A stretch of DNA of 64,000 nucleotides. It comes from a virus. Below the pieces are notes generated by a model, which was not told where the DNA came from, did no database searches, and was given only the letters and a program-made list of their open reading frames with translations. The stretch is taken from the IMG/VR virus record IMGVR_UViG_3300044800_000040, positions 4,691-68,690 of that record. One strand, given 5' to 3'. The translations under genes were made by a program, and so were the position numbers. Shown in pieces: positions 9,946 through 20,290 of this stretch. How positions within the stretch are numbered: position 1 is the first letter of the stretch; every line of letters starts with the position of its first letter.

Positions 9946-10290
9946 ATGAGCTACAACACGTTCCCGACCAGCATCACCGCCCCCTCGTACGGACTGGACG
10001 AGGAGGTTGTGTTTCCCCAGATCGCCACCACGTTTGATGATGGCACGGTGCAGGCACAGAACAAGTACACCCGGGCCAGGCTCTCGTGGACGCTGCAGTG
10101 GGACAACATGCCCGAGGCCGACTACCAGATCCTCAAGGCGTTCTTCCTGGCCAACCGCTCGCTGCGGTTCTACTACACACACCCGATTGACTTGGTCACC
10201 CGGTTGTGCATGTTCGGGCCCAACAACCTGAAGAACGTGGCGGACCAGCCGGGCCATCGCCGGACGTCCATCAGCATCCTGGAGATGTAG
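9946..10290 (+). CDS. Distal/minor tail protein (lambda gpM-like)
   Basis: Position and size after the tape measure gene. Confidence 0.65.
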   Translation: MSYNTFPTSITAPSYGLDEEVVFPQIATTFDDGTVQAQNKYTRARLSWTLQWDNMPEADYQILKAFFLANRSLRFYYTHPIDLVTRLCMFGPNNLKNVADQPGHRRTSISILEM

Positions 10291-10291
10291 C

Positions 10292-10933
10292 ATGACCTTG
10301 CCGATCAGCAGCACAGCGATTGTGGAGAAAAACTCCCTGTCCACGGACGGGGTGTTTCTCCTTGCGCTGAAGATCCTGATCCCGGGTACGCCCCCGGTGT
10401 ACGTTGTGCGCAACACCGACGACATCACCTGGGCCGGGCAGCTGTACCAGGCCTTCCCCTTTGAGGTCGACGAGATCGGCCAGGGCAAGGATGGGGCAGT
10501 GCCCCAGGTCAACCTCCGCGTCTCCAATGTTGGCCGTGCGCTTGAGTCGTACGTTCAAGCATATGACGCGTACTGCAAGGCCAACGGCTACAGCCGCATC
10601 TTCGTCACGATCTATGTGGTGAACAGCAAGAACCTGTCCGACCCCACGCCGGAGTGCGAGCACGAGTTCATCCTCAAGAACCCGCAGAGCGGTGAGCAGT
10701 GGATGACCTTCGTCCTGGGCGCGTCCAACCCGTTCCGGATGCGCAGTCCGATGAACCGCATCCTCAAGAACCGCTGCACGAGCACCTTCAAGGATGCCCG
10801 CTGCCAGTATGCCGGGGCAGTGACCTCGTGCGACCACACGCTGCCCACTTGTCGCAACCTTGGCAACCAGGCTCATTTCGGTGGATTCCCCAGTGCCGGC
10901 CCCGGAGGACTCAATGTTTCGACCCCTACCTGA
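10292..10933 (+). CDS. Minor tail protein (gpL-like)
   Basis: YQAFPFE, RVSNV, C-terminal Cys cluster and FGGFP. Confidence 0.8.
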   Translation: MTLPISSTAIVEKNSLSTDGVFLLALKILIPGTPPVYVVRNTDDITWAGQLYQAFPFEVDEIGQGKDGAVPQVNLRVSNVGRALESYVQAYDAYCKANGYSRIFVTIYVVNSKNLSDPTPECEHEFILKNPQSGEQWMTFVLGASNPFRMRSPMNRILKNRCTSTFKDARCQYAGAVTSCDHTLPTCRNLGNQAHFGGFPSAGPGGLNVSTPT

Positions 10934-11333
10934 TCTGCGTGACCTCATCGGGGTGCCCTTCGTTGATCGTGGGCGTGACCCGCTCACCGGACTCGACTGC
11001 TGGGGTCTGGTCATGGAAGTGCATCGGCGCATGGGCAACGAGATCCAGGACCTGGGGTCCGCCGCCTCCGCGCACGATGCCGAGGCGTCGTATGCGTGCA
11101 TGCAGCGGGCAGTAGCCTTCCGCATGTGGTACAGGGTCGACGTGCCCGAGCTGGGGGACGTGGTTGCAATGGCACTGGAGCCCGAAGCTCCCGAGGCCGT
11201 CGGCCACGCTGGGGTGTACTTGGAGGAGGGTCGCTTCCTCCACACTCTGGTTGGGCACGAGTGCTGCATCGCACGCATCGATGATCACTTCTACAAGAAC
11301 AAGATCCGGGGGTACTACAGATGGGACAGGTAG
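10914..11333 (+). CDS. NlpC/P60 tail peptidase (gpK-like)
   Basis: GLDCWGLV...HAGVY...FLH; GGAGG RBS. Confidence 0.88.
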   Translation: MFRPLPDLRDLIGVPFVDRGRDPLTGLDCWGLVMEVHRRMGNEIQDLGSAASAHDAEASYACMQRAVAFRMWYRVDVPELGDVVAMALEPEAPEAVGHAGVYLEEGRFLHTLVGHECCIARIDDHFYKNKIRGYYRWDR

Positions 11334-14300
11334 AGTACCTTCCTCCTGACCGGGCGTACTCCTCGGCACACAAGGGCCGGGAGGATGTGGTTGTCACGTC
11401 CATCCCCAACCCGTTCGAGCCGCTCGTCCACCGGGTGACCCGTGCGTTCGCTCCTGGCAAGACCGGGCGCGACTACGTGATGGAGTTCTGGCCGCTGCTG
11501 CCCCCCGACCGCGAAGTGATGATGATCATCAACGGGGTGTCCTACCACAATTCCGAGTGCTACGACATCGTCATGCAGCCGGGTGACTCCCTGGCGTTCT
11601 ACCTCGTGCCCGGCAAGGGTGGTGGTGGCAAGCAGATCATCACGATGGTCGCCATGATCGCCCTCACCATCGTCACGGGCGGCGCGGGCATGGGCGTGCT
11701 GCTGTCCGACATGGCAAGCGAGGGGCTGTATTCTGCCGCGACGATCGTCGCCAGTACATTCGGCACCAGCACCGCGGTTGTGTTCGGCGTTGGCGCTACC
11801 ATTGTCGGCGGTGCCGTCATGGCGGCGGTTGGGGCCATGTTGCCCAGCGGGGACAGCTCGTCCAACCAGGCATCGCAGAGCCTGGACGCCAGTGCCACGT
11901 ACTCCTGGGGCTTGTCGAACAACCCGGTCGTCGAGGGCGGCCCGTGCCCCTTCCTCTACGGCACCGTGCGCATCACCCCGCCCTGCATCGGGCGCTACGT
12001 CATTGATGCCGCCAGCACGGACACGGACAACAAGAACCAGTACCTCGCCATGTTGTTCCTGGTGGCTGACCATGCGGTCGACTCCATCAGTGACATCTGG
12101 ATCAACGGCAACCCGCTGTCCTACTACACGGACGTGACCACCGAGACGCGCCTGGGCACCAACGACCAGACGGCCATCAGCTTCTACACCGACACCATCA
12201 GCCAGAAGGGCTCCGGTGCGGTGCTCACGGCCACCGGATGGGTCTCGGTGCGCACCGATGGCAATGCGTTGCAGGGCCTGGGTCTGTGCCTGGCGAATGA
12301 TCAGGGCTTGTTCCACGGCACGGGCAGCACGACCGAGAGCACCAGCGTCACGGTGCAGGCGCAGTACCGCAAGGTGGGCAGCGTCACCTGGCTCCCCTTC
12401 TTCGACAGCGGGGCAACCGACACCAAGACCATCAGCGGCAACTCCACCTCTCCCCTGTTCCACTACTACCGCCTGGACAACCTGCCGGACGGTCCCGGGC
12501 AGTACGAGATCCAGTGCCGGTACTTGACCGCACCGTCCGCGGACATTGCATACCGCAACCGCACCATCATCTCGTACATTCACGAGATCATCTACGACGC
12601 CTTCACCTACCCGGGCCGCTCCCTGCTGGCGCTTAAGATCAAGGCCACCGACCAGCTCTCCGGCAGTGCCCCGTCCATCTCGTGCCTGGTGACTCGCAGC
12701 ACGGTGAGCGTGAGCGACGGAGTGACCACGTACAGCAAGCCGGCGAACAGCCCGGCCTGGGCCAGTCTGGAGCTCTTGCAGTCCACCATCTACGGCGGGC
12801 AGGTGAGCCCCTCCCGCTGCGTCTGGGCGGACTTCAACAATTGGGCCACGTGGTGCACCTCCAAGGGCTACACCACGAACTACTACGCGGACACGGCGCA
12901 GGGCCTGCCCAAGCAGCTCGCCGCAGTTGGCATCCAGGGCCGGGGCACGGTCGTGCAGTTCGGCTCCAAGTTCCAGTGCATCGTGGACCGCCCGGTGGCG
13001 CTGCCCGTCCAGAAGTTCCTTTTCAACGTGAGCAACATGCGCGACTTTCAAGAGTCCTGGGCTCCGATGGAAGGGCGCGCCAACATCATCGAGATCACCT
13101 ACTTCGACTCCACCGCGGACTACTCGCGCCAGGTGGTGCCGGTGCAGGCCATGGACTTCGACACCACCGACATCGAGGTCATCACCCAGGGCGTCGCCCT
13201 GCCGGGTTGCACTGACCGGGCCCAGGCGCTGGTCTATGGACAGTTCCTCATCAACTGCAACCGCTACCTGACCAATACCATCACGTTCACTGCGGCCATC
13301 GACTCTCTGGCCTGTACCATCGGTGATGTGGTTGACGTGCAGCACGCCGTGCCGCAATGGGGCTTTGGCGGTCGGGTTGTCTCGGCCACGGCGACCCAGG
13401 TCGTTCTCGACCAGGAGATGACGATGGTGGCGGGCACGGCCTATGCCATCCAGATCATCCTCGGTGCTGACGACACCCGGGCGGATGTGAACGTGGTCTG
13501 CGTGCCGGGCTCCACCAACACCCTGACCATCGTCGGAGCCTGGCCTGGGGCAACTCCTGCCGCGGACGACCGCTTCGCCTTTGGCCCGGTCGGCTACGTG
13601 AGCAAGTCCTTCCGCATCGTGAGCATGACACGCAACGGCGACTTCCAGCGCAAGCTCACGGCGCTTGAATACTACGAGCCGGTGTATGAGGACGCCGTGT
13701 CCATCCCGGCAATGGTCAACCAGTCGCTGCTGCCCTCGGTGTACGCTCTCATCGCCTCCGAGCTGTACGATGTCGTCAGTGGTTGGCCTGTGCCCCGCGT
13801 GTCCCTGGCCTGGAAGGGTGCTGCGCTGAATTGGGATGTGGCCTACCGCGTTGCCGGCACCACTGCCTGGACTTCCCTGGGCACCGTGACCTACCCCAGC
13901 AAGGAAGTGCCCGGCACGATGCTGGTGCCCGGGACGGAGTACGATTTCCAGGTGTCCTCCAACGGTCTGTCCGTCATCTCTCAGGTGCAGTATGCCGGCG
14001 GACCGACTCCCCCTGATGTGGTCGGCCTGTACAGCAGCCTCACTGGCGGTGCGCTGTACCTCAACTGGGACCCCGCGCTGTGCCCGTACAGTGTCAACTA
14101 CGAGGTGCGCGAGGGCACCATGTGGGCGACTGCACAGATCATCTACTACGGCCCTGCCACCTCGGTGCCGTTGAGCGGGCCGGGCTCGTTCCTGGTGTCC
14201 GCGAACTCGGGCATGATCTACTCGGCAACCCCCGCAGCCATCACGGTCACGGACACCCCGCTCATCCAGAACGTGATCGCGACCTTTGACGAGTTTGCAA

Positions 14301-15007
14301 CCGGCTGGACCGGGACCAAGACGGACGACCTGGCAATCGTGGGCGCGGAGTTGTGGCTGGTTGGCGGCGGTGACTTCTACGCTGCCCCCGACGTCTACGC
14401 CATATCCGATGTGTACACCTACGGCGGCATCGGGCCGGTTGGCACCTACACCATCCCCACCGGGCATCAGGTGGACATCGGCACGGCCTCCCCCTGCAAC
14501 GTGGTTGTCCGGTACAGCCTGCGCGCCGACGGGGTCTATGATGATTTCTATGCCGTGGCAGATGTGTACGCAGAGAGCGACGTCTATGGGGGTTGGGGTT
14601 CGTTCGTCTTGGCGCAGCCACAGATTCGCATGTACAACGGCGGTGCGTGGGGCAGCTGGATCAACTACTCGCCGGGCACCTACACCGGGCAGAAGTTTGA
14701 CATGCGCATCGTGCTGTCGACCACCAGCGACACCGCCCTGGCGATTCTGACCGGGCTGTCCTTCTCGGTGGATGTGCCGGATCGGGTTGACTGGCACAAG
14801 GGTGTGAGCGTGCCTATCACCGGGCTGAACTTCACGCACACGCCGAGTTTCCGTGCGGTGCCCTCGACCGTTGTGCAGATTCTGTCCGCAACCCAGGGCG
14901 ACGACGACGTGCTGACCGCAGAAACGGTAGCGGGCGGAACCTTGTTCATCTACAATGGGGGCGTCGCGGTGGCCCGCTCCGTGAACCTAATCCACCAGGG
15001 GTACTGA
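11321..15007 (+). CDS. Central tail tip / host specificity protein (gpI-gpJ-like)
   Basis: 1228 aa; PFLYG, RLGTNDQ, YPGRSLL, NSPAW, GDVVDVQH. Confidence 0.88.
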   Translation: MGQVEYLPPDRAYSSAHKGREDVVVTSIPNPFEPLVHRVTRAFAPGKTGRDYVMEFWPLLPPDREVMMIINGVSYHNSECYDIVMQPGDSLAFYLVPGKGGGGKQIITMVAMIALTIVTGGAGMGVLLSDMASEGLYSAATIVASTFGTSTAVVFGVGATIVGGAVMAAVGAMLPSGDSSSNQASQSLDASATYSWGLSNNPVVEGGPCPFLYGTVRITPPCIGRYVIDAASTDTDNKNQYLAMLFLVADHAVDSISDIWINGNPLSYYTDVTTETRLGTNDQTAISFYTDTISQKGSGAVLTATGWVSVRTDGNALQGLGLCLANDQGLFHGTGSTTESTSVTVQAQYRKVGSVTWLPFFDSGATDTKTISGNSTSPLFHYYRLDNLPDGPGQYEIQCRYLTAPSADIAYRNRTIISYIHEIIYDAFTYPGRSLLALKIKATDQLSGSAPSISCLVTRSTVSVSDGVTTYSKPANSPAWASLELLQSTIYGGQVSPSRCVWADFNNWATWCTSKGYTTNYYADTAQGLPKQLAAVGIQGRGTVVQFGSKFQCIVDRPVALPVQKFLFNVSNMRDFQESWAPMEGRANIIEITYFDSTADYSRQVVPVQAMDFDTTDIEVITQGVALPGCTDRAQALVYGQFLINCNRYLTNTITFTAAIDSLACTIGDVVDVQHAVPQWGFGGRVVSATATQVVLDQEMTMVAGTAYAIQIILGADDTRADVNVVCVPGSTNTLTIVGAWPGATPAADDRFAFGPVGYVSKSFRIVSMTRNGDFQRKLTALEYYEPVYEDAVSIPAMVNQSLLPSVYALIASELYDVVSGWPVPRVSLAWKGAALNWDVAYRVAGTTAWTSLGTVTYPSKEVPGTMLVPGTEYDFQVSSNGLSVISQVQYAGGPTPPDVVGLYSSLTGGALYLNWDPALCPYSVNYEVREGTMWATAQIIYYGPATSVPLSGPGSFLVSANSGMIYSATPAAITVTDTPLIQNVIATFDEFATGWTGTKTDDLAIVGAELWLVGGGDFYAAPDVYAISDVYTYGGIGPVGTYTIPTGHQVDIGTASPCNVVVRYSLRADGVYDDFYAVADVYAESDVYGGWGSFVLAQPQIRMYNGGAWGSWINYSPGTYTGQKFDMRIVLSTTSDTALAILTGLSFSVDVPDRVDWHKGVSVPITGLNFTHTPSFRAVPSTVVQILSATQGDDDVLTAETVAGGTLFIYNGGVAVARSVNLIHQGY

Positions 15008-15008
15008 A

Positions 15009-16190
15009 ATGAGTTACGCTGCACTGACCTTCGCGGGAGCACCACTGACGGGCACAGCTATGCTGGCAGCCCTCACTGCCAAGCTCCAGTCCCTCGCAAG
15101 CCTGCGCTCGGGCACAAGCCGTCCGGCGGACGCGCAGACTCCCGAGATGTGGATGGACACGACCACGTCCACGGCCTGGGCGCTCAACATCTGGGACGGC
15201 ACGCACGATATCTGCATCGGGCACGTCAACTCGTCCACGGGCATCTTCACCCCGACGAGTGGCTCCGTGTCCATCGCGGCCGCCACGGGAACGGTGGATG
15301 CAATCACCGCCACGTTCAGCCCGGCGATGCCCTTGACGGACATGACGGTGTGCTTCGTGATTGCTGCTGGAGCGAACACGACCGCCACCCCGACCTTCGC
15401 CCCCAACGGCCTGACCGCACACACCATCACCCGCAGGGGTGGTCAGGCTTTGGCTCCTGGTGACGTGGCCGGGCCCGGTGCCCTGCTCGTGCTGGAGTAC
15501 AACCTGGCAAACACCCGCTGGGAGCTGGGCAACCCAGCCACCATTCAAGAGCCCTGGGCAGTTGCTGCGGGCACTGCGGACGTGATCACACTGACGCTGG
15601 CTCCTGCCGCTCCGGCGCTGGTAGACGGTCTGTGCGTGAGCTTCCGTGCGTCGGGAGCCAACACGGTGACCACCCCCTCGCTCAATGTCAACGGCCTGGG
15701 GGCCAAGACCATCGTGAAGCAGGGCGGTCAGGCTCTCGGCATCGGGGACATCCCCCGCGCCCTGTACGAATGCATCTGCGTCTACAACCTGGCAAACACC
15801 CGCTGGGAATTATTGAACCCGGACAATCCCAACACGGCCCTACGCGATATATCCCAGTCCTACACCGCCACGCACTACCCCGCGCCTGTGGCTCTGACCA
15901 CTACTGGCGGGCATATCTCCTTTGACAACTCCATCCACGCCTACGCTACCCACACCATGACGGAGACTACCAATCTGGACGCCATGAGCAATCGCGCTGA
16001 CGGGCAGGCTGGCGAACTCGTTGTCACTGGCGCGGGCAGCTACACCTTGTCGGCCACGGCCACGAATGGCTGGAAGATGGTGGACGGGACGAGCTTCTCT
16101 GTTTCGCTCGTCGCGGGCAAAAAGACCTGGATTTACTGGGAGTGCAACGGCACCCAGAACCTCATCGTCGGCACGAAGCAGGAGTCCTAA
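15009..16190 (+). CDS. Tail fiber protein with duplicated domain
   Basis: Two copies of GANT..P...NGL...GGQAL..GD...YNLANTRWEL. Confidence 0.75.
   Translation: MSYAALTFAGAPLTGTAMLAALTAKLQSLASLRSGTSRPADAQTPEMWMDTTTSTAWALNIWDGTHDICIGHVNSSTGIFTPTSGSVSIAAATGTVDAITATFSPAMPLTDMTVCFVIAAGANTTATPTFAPNGLTAHTITRRGGQALAPGDVAGPGALLVLEYNLANTRWELGNPATIQEPWAVAAGTADVITLTLAPAAPALVDGLCVSFRASGANTVTTPSLNVNGLGAKTIVKQGGQALGIGDIPRALYECICVYNLANTRWELLNPDNPNTALRDISQSYTATHYPAPVALTTTGGHISFDNSIHAYATHTMTETTNLDAMSNRADGQAGELVVTGAGSYTLSATATNGWKMVDGTSFSVSLVAGKKTWIYWECNGTQNLIVGTKQES
15498..15808 (+). repeat. 26-bp exact direct repeat (15498-15523; 15783-15808)
   Basis: tacaacctggcaaacacccgctggga occurs twice. Confidence 0.9.
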
Positions 16191-17222
16191 ATGCTCACGC
16201 ATCGTAGACATCGTGGGCTTGGTGGAGGGGCCAACTATTTTGGTTCTGGTGCTGACGGCAACGTGACCATCAGCGCAGACACAAATCTGACCTCATCCAC
16301 AGATGGCGATATGGTGGTGGCGAATTACAACACGTTGACCATTGACTCTGGGAAAACGCTATCCGTATCCAATCGTTGCAAGGGTCTGTTTATTTACGTC
16401 AAGGGCAACTGCACCATCAATGGCACCTTGAGTATGACGGCCAAGGGCGCGAGTGCAGACCCATCCGTGGCCGGAGTTTCCGCAACGGGTCTACGCATTA
16501 TTCGCAATAAATCAGGTGGTACGGATTCTCTGTCCGCGTCCGACCTTGCGGGCTGCGGCAGCCCGGCGACTACGGCGGAAGCGAACCAGAAAGCTGTGTC
16601 CAGTGGACTTGTGGTCACGACTGACCGTACGGGCGGCAGTGGTGGCGCGTCATTCACCGGACCAACATACCCCAGTGGTACTGTCGGAAATACCGGAGGC
16701 ACAGGCGCAACAAAGATGGGTGGTGGCGGTTCCGGTGCGGCGGGCGCGGCGGGTATCTGTGGGCGCGGCGGCAATGCAACGTGCTTTTCCGGTGGCCCTG
16801 GCGGCGGTAGCGCTGTGGCGAACACCGGTACGGCTGGTTCCGACACGGGCGGCGCGGGTGGAAATGGCCTTGACAATGGGACGCCGAGTGCTGGTGCTGG
16901 TGCAGGCAATCCCCCAGGTACGGGGACAGGCAGCGCCGCCGAAGCTGGGACAGGTGGTCTGCTTATTGTCATTGTCGGCGGTAACTTCGTTCAGGGTTCT
17001 GGCTCGTCCATTATCTCTGCGGGCAAGAAGGGCGGCGCGAGTGCCAACTACTGCGGTGGCGGTGGTTCCGGTGGCGGACGAGTTATTGTTCTGTACGCTG
17101 GAACGCGCACTGACAATGGCGGGACAATTTCTGCCCCCGGTGGGCTGGGCGGTGTTGGGTATACTGCAAATGGTGGCCCTGGCGGCGCGGGTGCTGTAAC
17201 TATTTCCCAAATAGATAAGTAG
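16191..17222 (+). CDS. Glycine-rich tail fiber / receptor-binding protein
   Basis: FGSGADG start, Gly-rich repeats, codon usage differs from neighbours. Confidence 0.7.
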   Translation: MLTHRRHRGLGGGANYFGSGADGNVTISADTNLTSSTDGDMVVANYNTLTIDSGKTLSVSNRCKGLFIYVKGNCTINGTLSMTAKGASADPSVAGVSATGLRIIRNKSGGTDSLSASDLAGCGSPATTAEANQKAVSSGLVVTTDRTGGSGGASFTGPTYPSGTVGNTGGTGATKMGGGGSGAAGAAGICGRGGNATCFSGGPGGGSAVANTGTAGSDTGGAGGNGLDNGTPSAGAGAGNPPGTGTGSAAEAGTGGLLIVIVGGNFVQGSGSSIISAGKKGGASANYCGGGGSGGGRVIVLYAGTRTDNGGTISAPGGLGGVGYTANGGPGGAGAVTISQIDK

Positions 17223-17232
17223 GAGACACGCT

Positions 17233-17721
17233 ATGAATCAGTGGAGCTACCCCATCGGGGCAATAGTCAATAACGATACTCTGACTGAGCGGCGGATTTT
17301 TGGCGCGTTGCCTGTCACCATCAACGACATCAGTTACGGGTCTGATATTTTCAGCAAGTGGCCGATGGCTGACTTGGCTGCTTTGGGCTTGAACTTGTTC
17401 GTCGAGAACCCCATCCCCCAGGACTACATCGGAGGCGTCCCGGTGGACATCGAGACTGACGAGCAGATCACGCGCACGTACCCAGACATGTATCTGGATA
17501 CCGGGGCCGTGACCACTCGCCAGAAGCAGGCCATCTACGCCGAGTTGTCCGAGCTCGACGGTGAGCGTGTCAGGCCCGCTGCAGCGATCACCAGGGCCCA
17601 GGCCAACAGCGAAACGCCCGACCCGGATGATGTGGCAAAACTCAACCAGTTGGAAGATCGCGCCGAAGTTCTGCGTCAGGAACTCCGCGCCCTCGATGTC
17701 GCCAACACTCCGCTGCCCTAG
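17233..17721 (+). CDS. Putative tail fiber chaperone
   Basis: Position; C-terminal coiled coil. Confidence 0.5.
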   Translation: MNQWSYPIGAIVNNDTLTERRIFGALPVTINDISYGSDIFSKWPMADLAALGLNLFVENPIPQDYIGGVPVDIETDEQITRTYPDMYLDTGAVTTRQKQAIYAELSELDGERVRPAAAITRAQANSETPDPDDVAKLNQLEDRAEVLRQELRALDVANTPLP

Positions 17722-17754
17722 CACCCGAACCCCAACCTCACCGGGAGTACCCAC

Positions 17755-18282
17755 ATGACCACGACAGCACCCAATTCCGTCGCCTACTCGTTCGATGTGC
17801 TCTGCCGTGATTTCCCGCTCAAGGCGACGGTCACTTGTGGTATCTCTGTCGTGTCGTACTTCGCGGGGGGAATCGACCAACTAGTGTCCTCACTGTTCCT
17901 GCTCATGGTCCTGGACTTCGGGCTGGGCTTCTCCCGGGGCTGGCATGAGGGCAACATCTCCGGCGACAAGATGAAGCACGGGGCAATCAAGTTCATCATC
18001 TATGGCATCTCCGTCTATGTTGCGGTGCTGATGCAGACCACCATGCAGGCCCTGGACCCGTCGTTGCTGGGCATACGGTTCAGCTTCGCGGTCCGGGACT
18101 GGCTGCTGGCGTACCTTGTGCTCAACGAGTCCATCAGCTGCATGGAGCACCTTGTGTACTTCAAGGCCCCGCTGCCCATCAGCTGGATCAAGAGGCTCAA
18201 GAACTACCGGGGCTGCATATTTGCTGGAAAGAGCCACGAGGGTCCACCCGCCCAGGAGAACAAGCCCAAGGAGGACGAATAG
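17755..18282 (+). CDS. Holin (phage holin family 4-like)
   Basis: Several TM segments; LMVLDFGLG, NESISCMEHL. Confidence 0.75.
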   Translation: MTTTAPNSVAYSFDVLCRDFPLKATVTCGISVVSYFAGGIDQLVSSLFLLMVLDFGLGFSRGWHEGNISGDKMKHGAIKFIIYGISVYVAVLMQTTMQALDPSLLGIRFSFAVRDWLLAYLVLNESISCMEHLVYFKAPLPISWIKRLKNYRGCIFAGKSHEGPPAQENKPKEDE

Positions 18283-18284
18283 AC

Positions 18285-18476
18285 ATGGGACCGAAGGAAA
18301 TGTTTTGCGCCCTCTTGGCGGGGCTGGTTTTGGCGGGCTTCGGAGCCGGGTGGTTGGTGGGCGACTACCTGGATGCAGGACTGGTGTGGGGCATAGCTGC
18401 TGGGGTGTGCTTCACTGTGGTTCTGTTCGTGGCCATACACAGCTATGCCTTCTCCAAGCTGCGTATCACGGGGTGA
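18285..18476 (+). CDS. Small membrane protein
   Basis: Two hydrophobic segments; GGAGG RBS. Confidence 0.55.
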   Translation: MGPKEMFCALLAGLVLAGFGAGWLVGDYLDAGLVWGIAAGVCFTVVLFVAIHSYAFSKLRITG

Positions 18477-18480
18477 CGCC

Positions 18481-18819
18481 ATGGGACTGATTGAGACCGT
18501 CAAGAGCATCTACAGCGGCGACAACTCCGGCATCGACTACACCCACGTCAGTCACTCGATCATCGCCGCCATCATCGTCGGCATGTGGGTCTGGAAGTCC
18601 TGGGAACTGGTCGGGGCCTTGTGCGACTTTCCTCCGGGCGTCCAGCTGGTGCTTTTCGCCGTGGTCGGGGCCGTACCGCTGTCCGGCGCGGTGAACGCCT
18701 ACCGGGCCATCGGGACGCAGACCACTGCCACCTCCATCGTGCGGACAGAACAGGCCACCGTGGCCACCACCGAGACCAAGAACGCTGACGATGACGACAG
18801 CGGAACCGCCAGACCGTAG
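18481..18819 (+). CDS. Membrane protein (holin-like)
   Basis: Two TM segments within the lysis region. Confidence 0.5.
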   Translation: MGLIETVKSIYSGDNSGIDYTHVSHSIIAAIIVGMWVWKSWELVGALCDFPPGVQLVLFAVVGAVPLSGAVNAYRAIGTQTTATSIVRTEQATVATTETKNADDDDSGTARP

Positions 18820-18828
18820 GAGGGGACG

Positions 18829-19218
18829 ATGCCATTCTTGCTCACCAACTGGAAGTTGATCCTGATGGCCCTGCTGCTCGCTGCACTGGGGCTCCAGACC
18901 CTGCGCCTGTCGTGGAGCCAGACCGAGGTCGTGACCTTGCAGGGCGAGGTGGTCACCGAGAAGGAGAAGGTGGAGAAGCTCACCGAGGATCAGGCTACCA
19001 AGAAGGAGCTCATCGCCACGCTCCAGAATCAGATGAAAGAGAACAACGACGCCCTTGACCTCTGGAAGCGGACCAACGGCAAGATCACCACCATCGTCTC
19101 CGGCTTCCATTCCCAGCCCGCTGCCCAACCAATCGCCCGCAAGGAGGTACTCGATGCGCAGTCTTCTGCTGCCGCTGTTCGTAGCATCAACGATGCTGCT
19201 GACCGGATGTCCTGGTAA
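18829..19218 (+). CDS. i-spanin (Rz-like)
   Basis: N-terminal TM anchor plus coiled coil; overlaps a lipoprotein gene. Confidence 0.75.
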   Translation: MPFLLTNWKLILMALLLAALGLQTLRLSWSQTEVVTLQGEVVTEKEKVEKLTEDQATKKELIATLQNQMKENNDALDLWKRTNGKITTIVSGFHSQPAAQPIARKEVLDAQSSAAAVRSINDAADRMSW

Positions 19219-19432
19219 GTCTGGCCGGCAGATCGTCGAGTGCCAGGCGGTCTACGAGCCCTGCCAGCGCCCGAACCCGATGCGCCTTGCCCGGCTCGAC
19301 AACGCCACGCACATCGGCGGTGCCACCAACGTCGAGATTCTGATGCGCGACTTCAATGACCTCGAACTGTTCATCAACCAGATGAACGCAACCATCGGCT
19401 GCTACGAACGGCAGGCCAAGAAGGGGAACTGA
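19154..19432 (+). CDS. o-spanin lipoprotein (Rz1-like)
   Basis: AAGGAGG RBS; signal peptide with lipobox LLTG-C; implies a diderm host. Confidence 0.78.
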   Translation: MRSLLLPLFVASTMLLTGCPGKSGRQIVECQAVYEPCQRPNPMRLARLDNATHIGGATNVEILMRDFNDLELFINQMNATIGCYERQAKKGN

Positions 19433-19625
19433 TCATGGGGGGGACAAAACGAACGGCACGCGGGCACCATCATTGACGTGTGCCCGGACACAATCCAGGC
19501 GCTTTTGGAACTCGGGTACTTGCAGAGCGTTCCTGGAGCGGGCTGCGTGTACATGCCCACAGACAAGGGTCGCGAGGAGCTCGGACGGCACTTCCAATGG
19601 GAGGCCAAAAAGAAGGACGGATTCC

Positions 19626-20216
19626 ATGAGTGACCTGTTCGACACCGTTGGCTACCCGCGCACATGCAACTTCGAGGGCACCTATTCCAACGACCCCACC
19701 GACACTGGCGGCGAGACGTGGAAGGGCGTCGCCAGGAACAAGCACCCGCACTGGAAGGGATGGGACCTTGTGGACAGTCTCAAGTCCGACCCGTCCTTCC
19801 CCGCGTGCTTGTCGCAGTCCGTCGGGCTGGAACAGGCCGTGCAGGATTTCTACCGCGAGGAGTTCTGGGAGAAGATGGGATGCCCGAACATGCCGCCCGC
19901 CCTGGCCCTGGACATTTTTGACTGCGGCATCAACTGTGGCACCGGGACGGCCATCAAGATGCTCCAGCGCGTCCTCAACGTGATGAACAAGTGCCAGGCC
20001 CTCTATGCGGACACAGCTGCGGACGGCCAGTGGGGTGCAGGCACCCAGGCCGCCATGCTGGGATACTTCGCCACCCGCAAGGACCTGGACGAGCTGCTGG
20101 TCGCCTTCAACTGTCTGCGTGGGTCCTACTACGTGGAATGCGCCGAAAAGCGCGAGGCAAACGAGAAGTACGAGTTCGGCTGGTTCAAGCAGCGCATCGC
20201 CCTGCACCCGATCTAG
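19626..20216 (+). CDS. Endolysin, glycoside hydrolase family 108
   Basis: EGTYSNDPTDTGGETWKGV, FDCGINCG, LQRVLN, DGQWG, GWF. Confidence 0.9.
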   Translation: MSDLFDTVGYPRTCNFEGTYSNDPTDTGGETWKGVARNKHPHWKGWDLVDSLKSDPSFPACLSQSVGLEQAVQDFYREEFWEKMGCPNMPPALALDIFDCGINCGTGTAIKMLQRVLNVMNKCQALYADTAADGQWGAGTQAAMLGYFATRKDLDELLVAFNCLRGSYYVECAEKREANEKYEFGWFKQRIALHPI

Positions 20217-20254
20217 CATCCCCGGACGGGGTTTTCTCCCCCTCGTCCGTATGC

Positions 20255-20290
20255 ACGCCCCTGGTACGTCCCTGCCAGGGGCGTTTTTCT
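20255..20290 (+). terminator. Intrinsic terminator of the late operon
   Basis: acgcccctgg/ccaggggcgt stem followed by a T tract, in the convergent gap. Confidence 0.65.

Noticed and set aside
7120-14839. Very long minus-strand ORFs (1135 and 1174 aa)
   Set aside because: These are antisense shadows of high-GC3 tail genes with no motifs. The same applies to most opposite-strand ORFs in the track.
15009-17222. Diversity-generating retroelement or invertible tail fiber cassette
   Set aside because: No reverse transcriptase, invertase, adenine-specific repeat pair or inverted repeats were seen.
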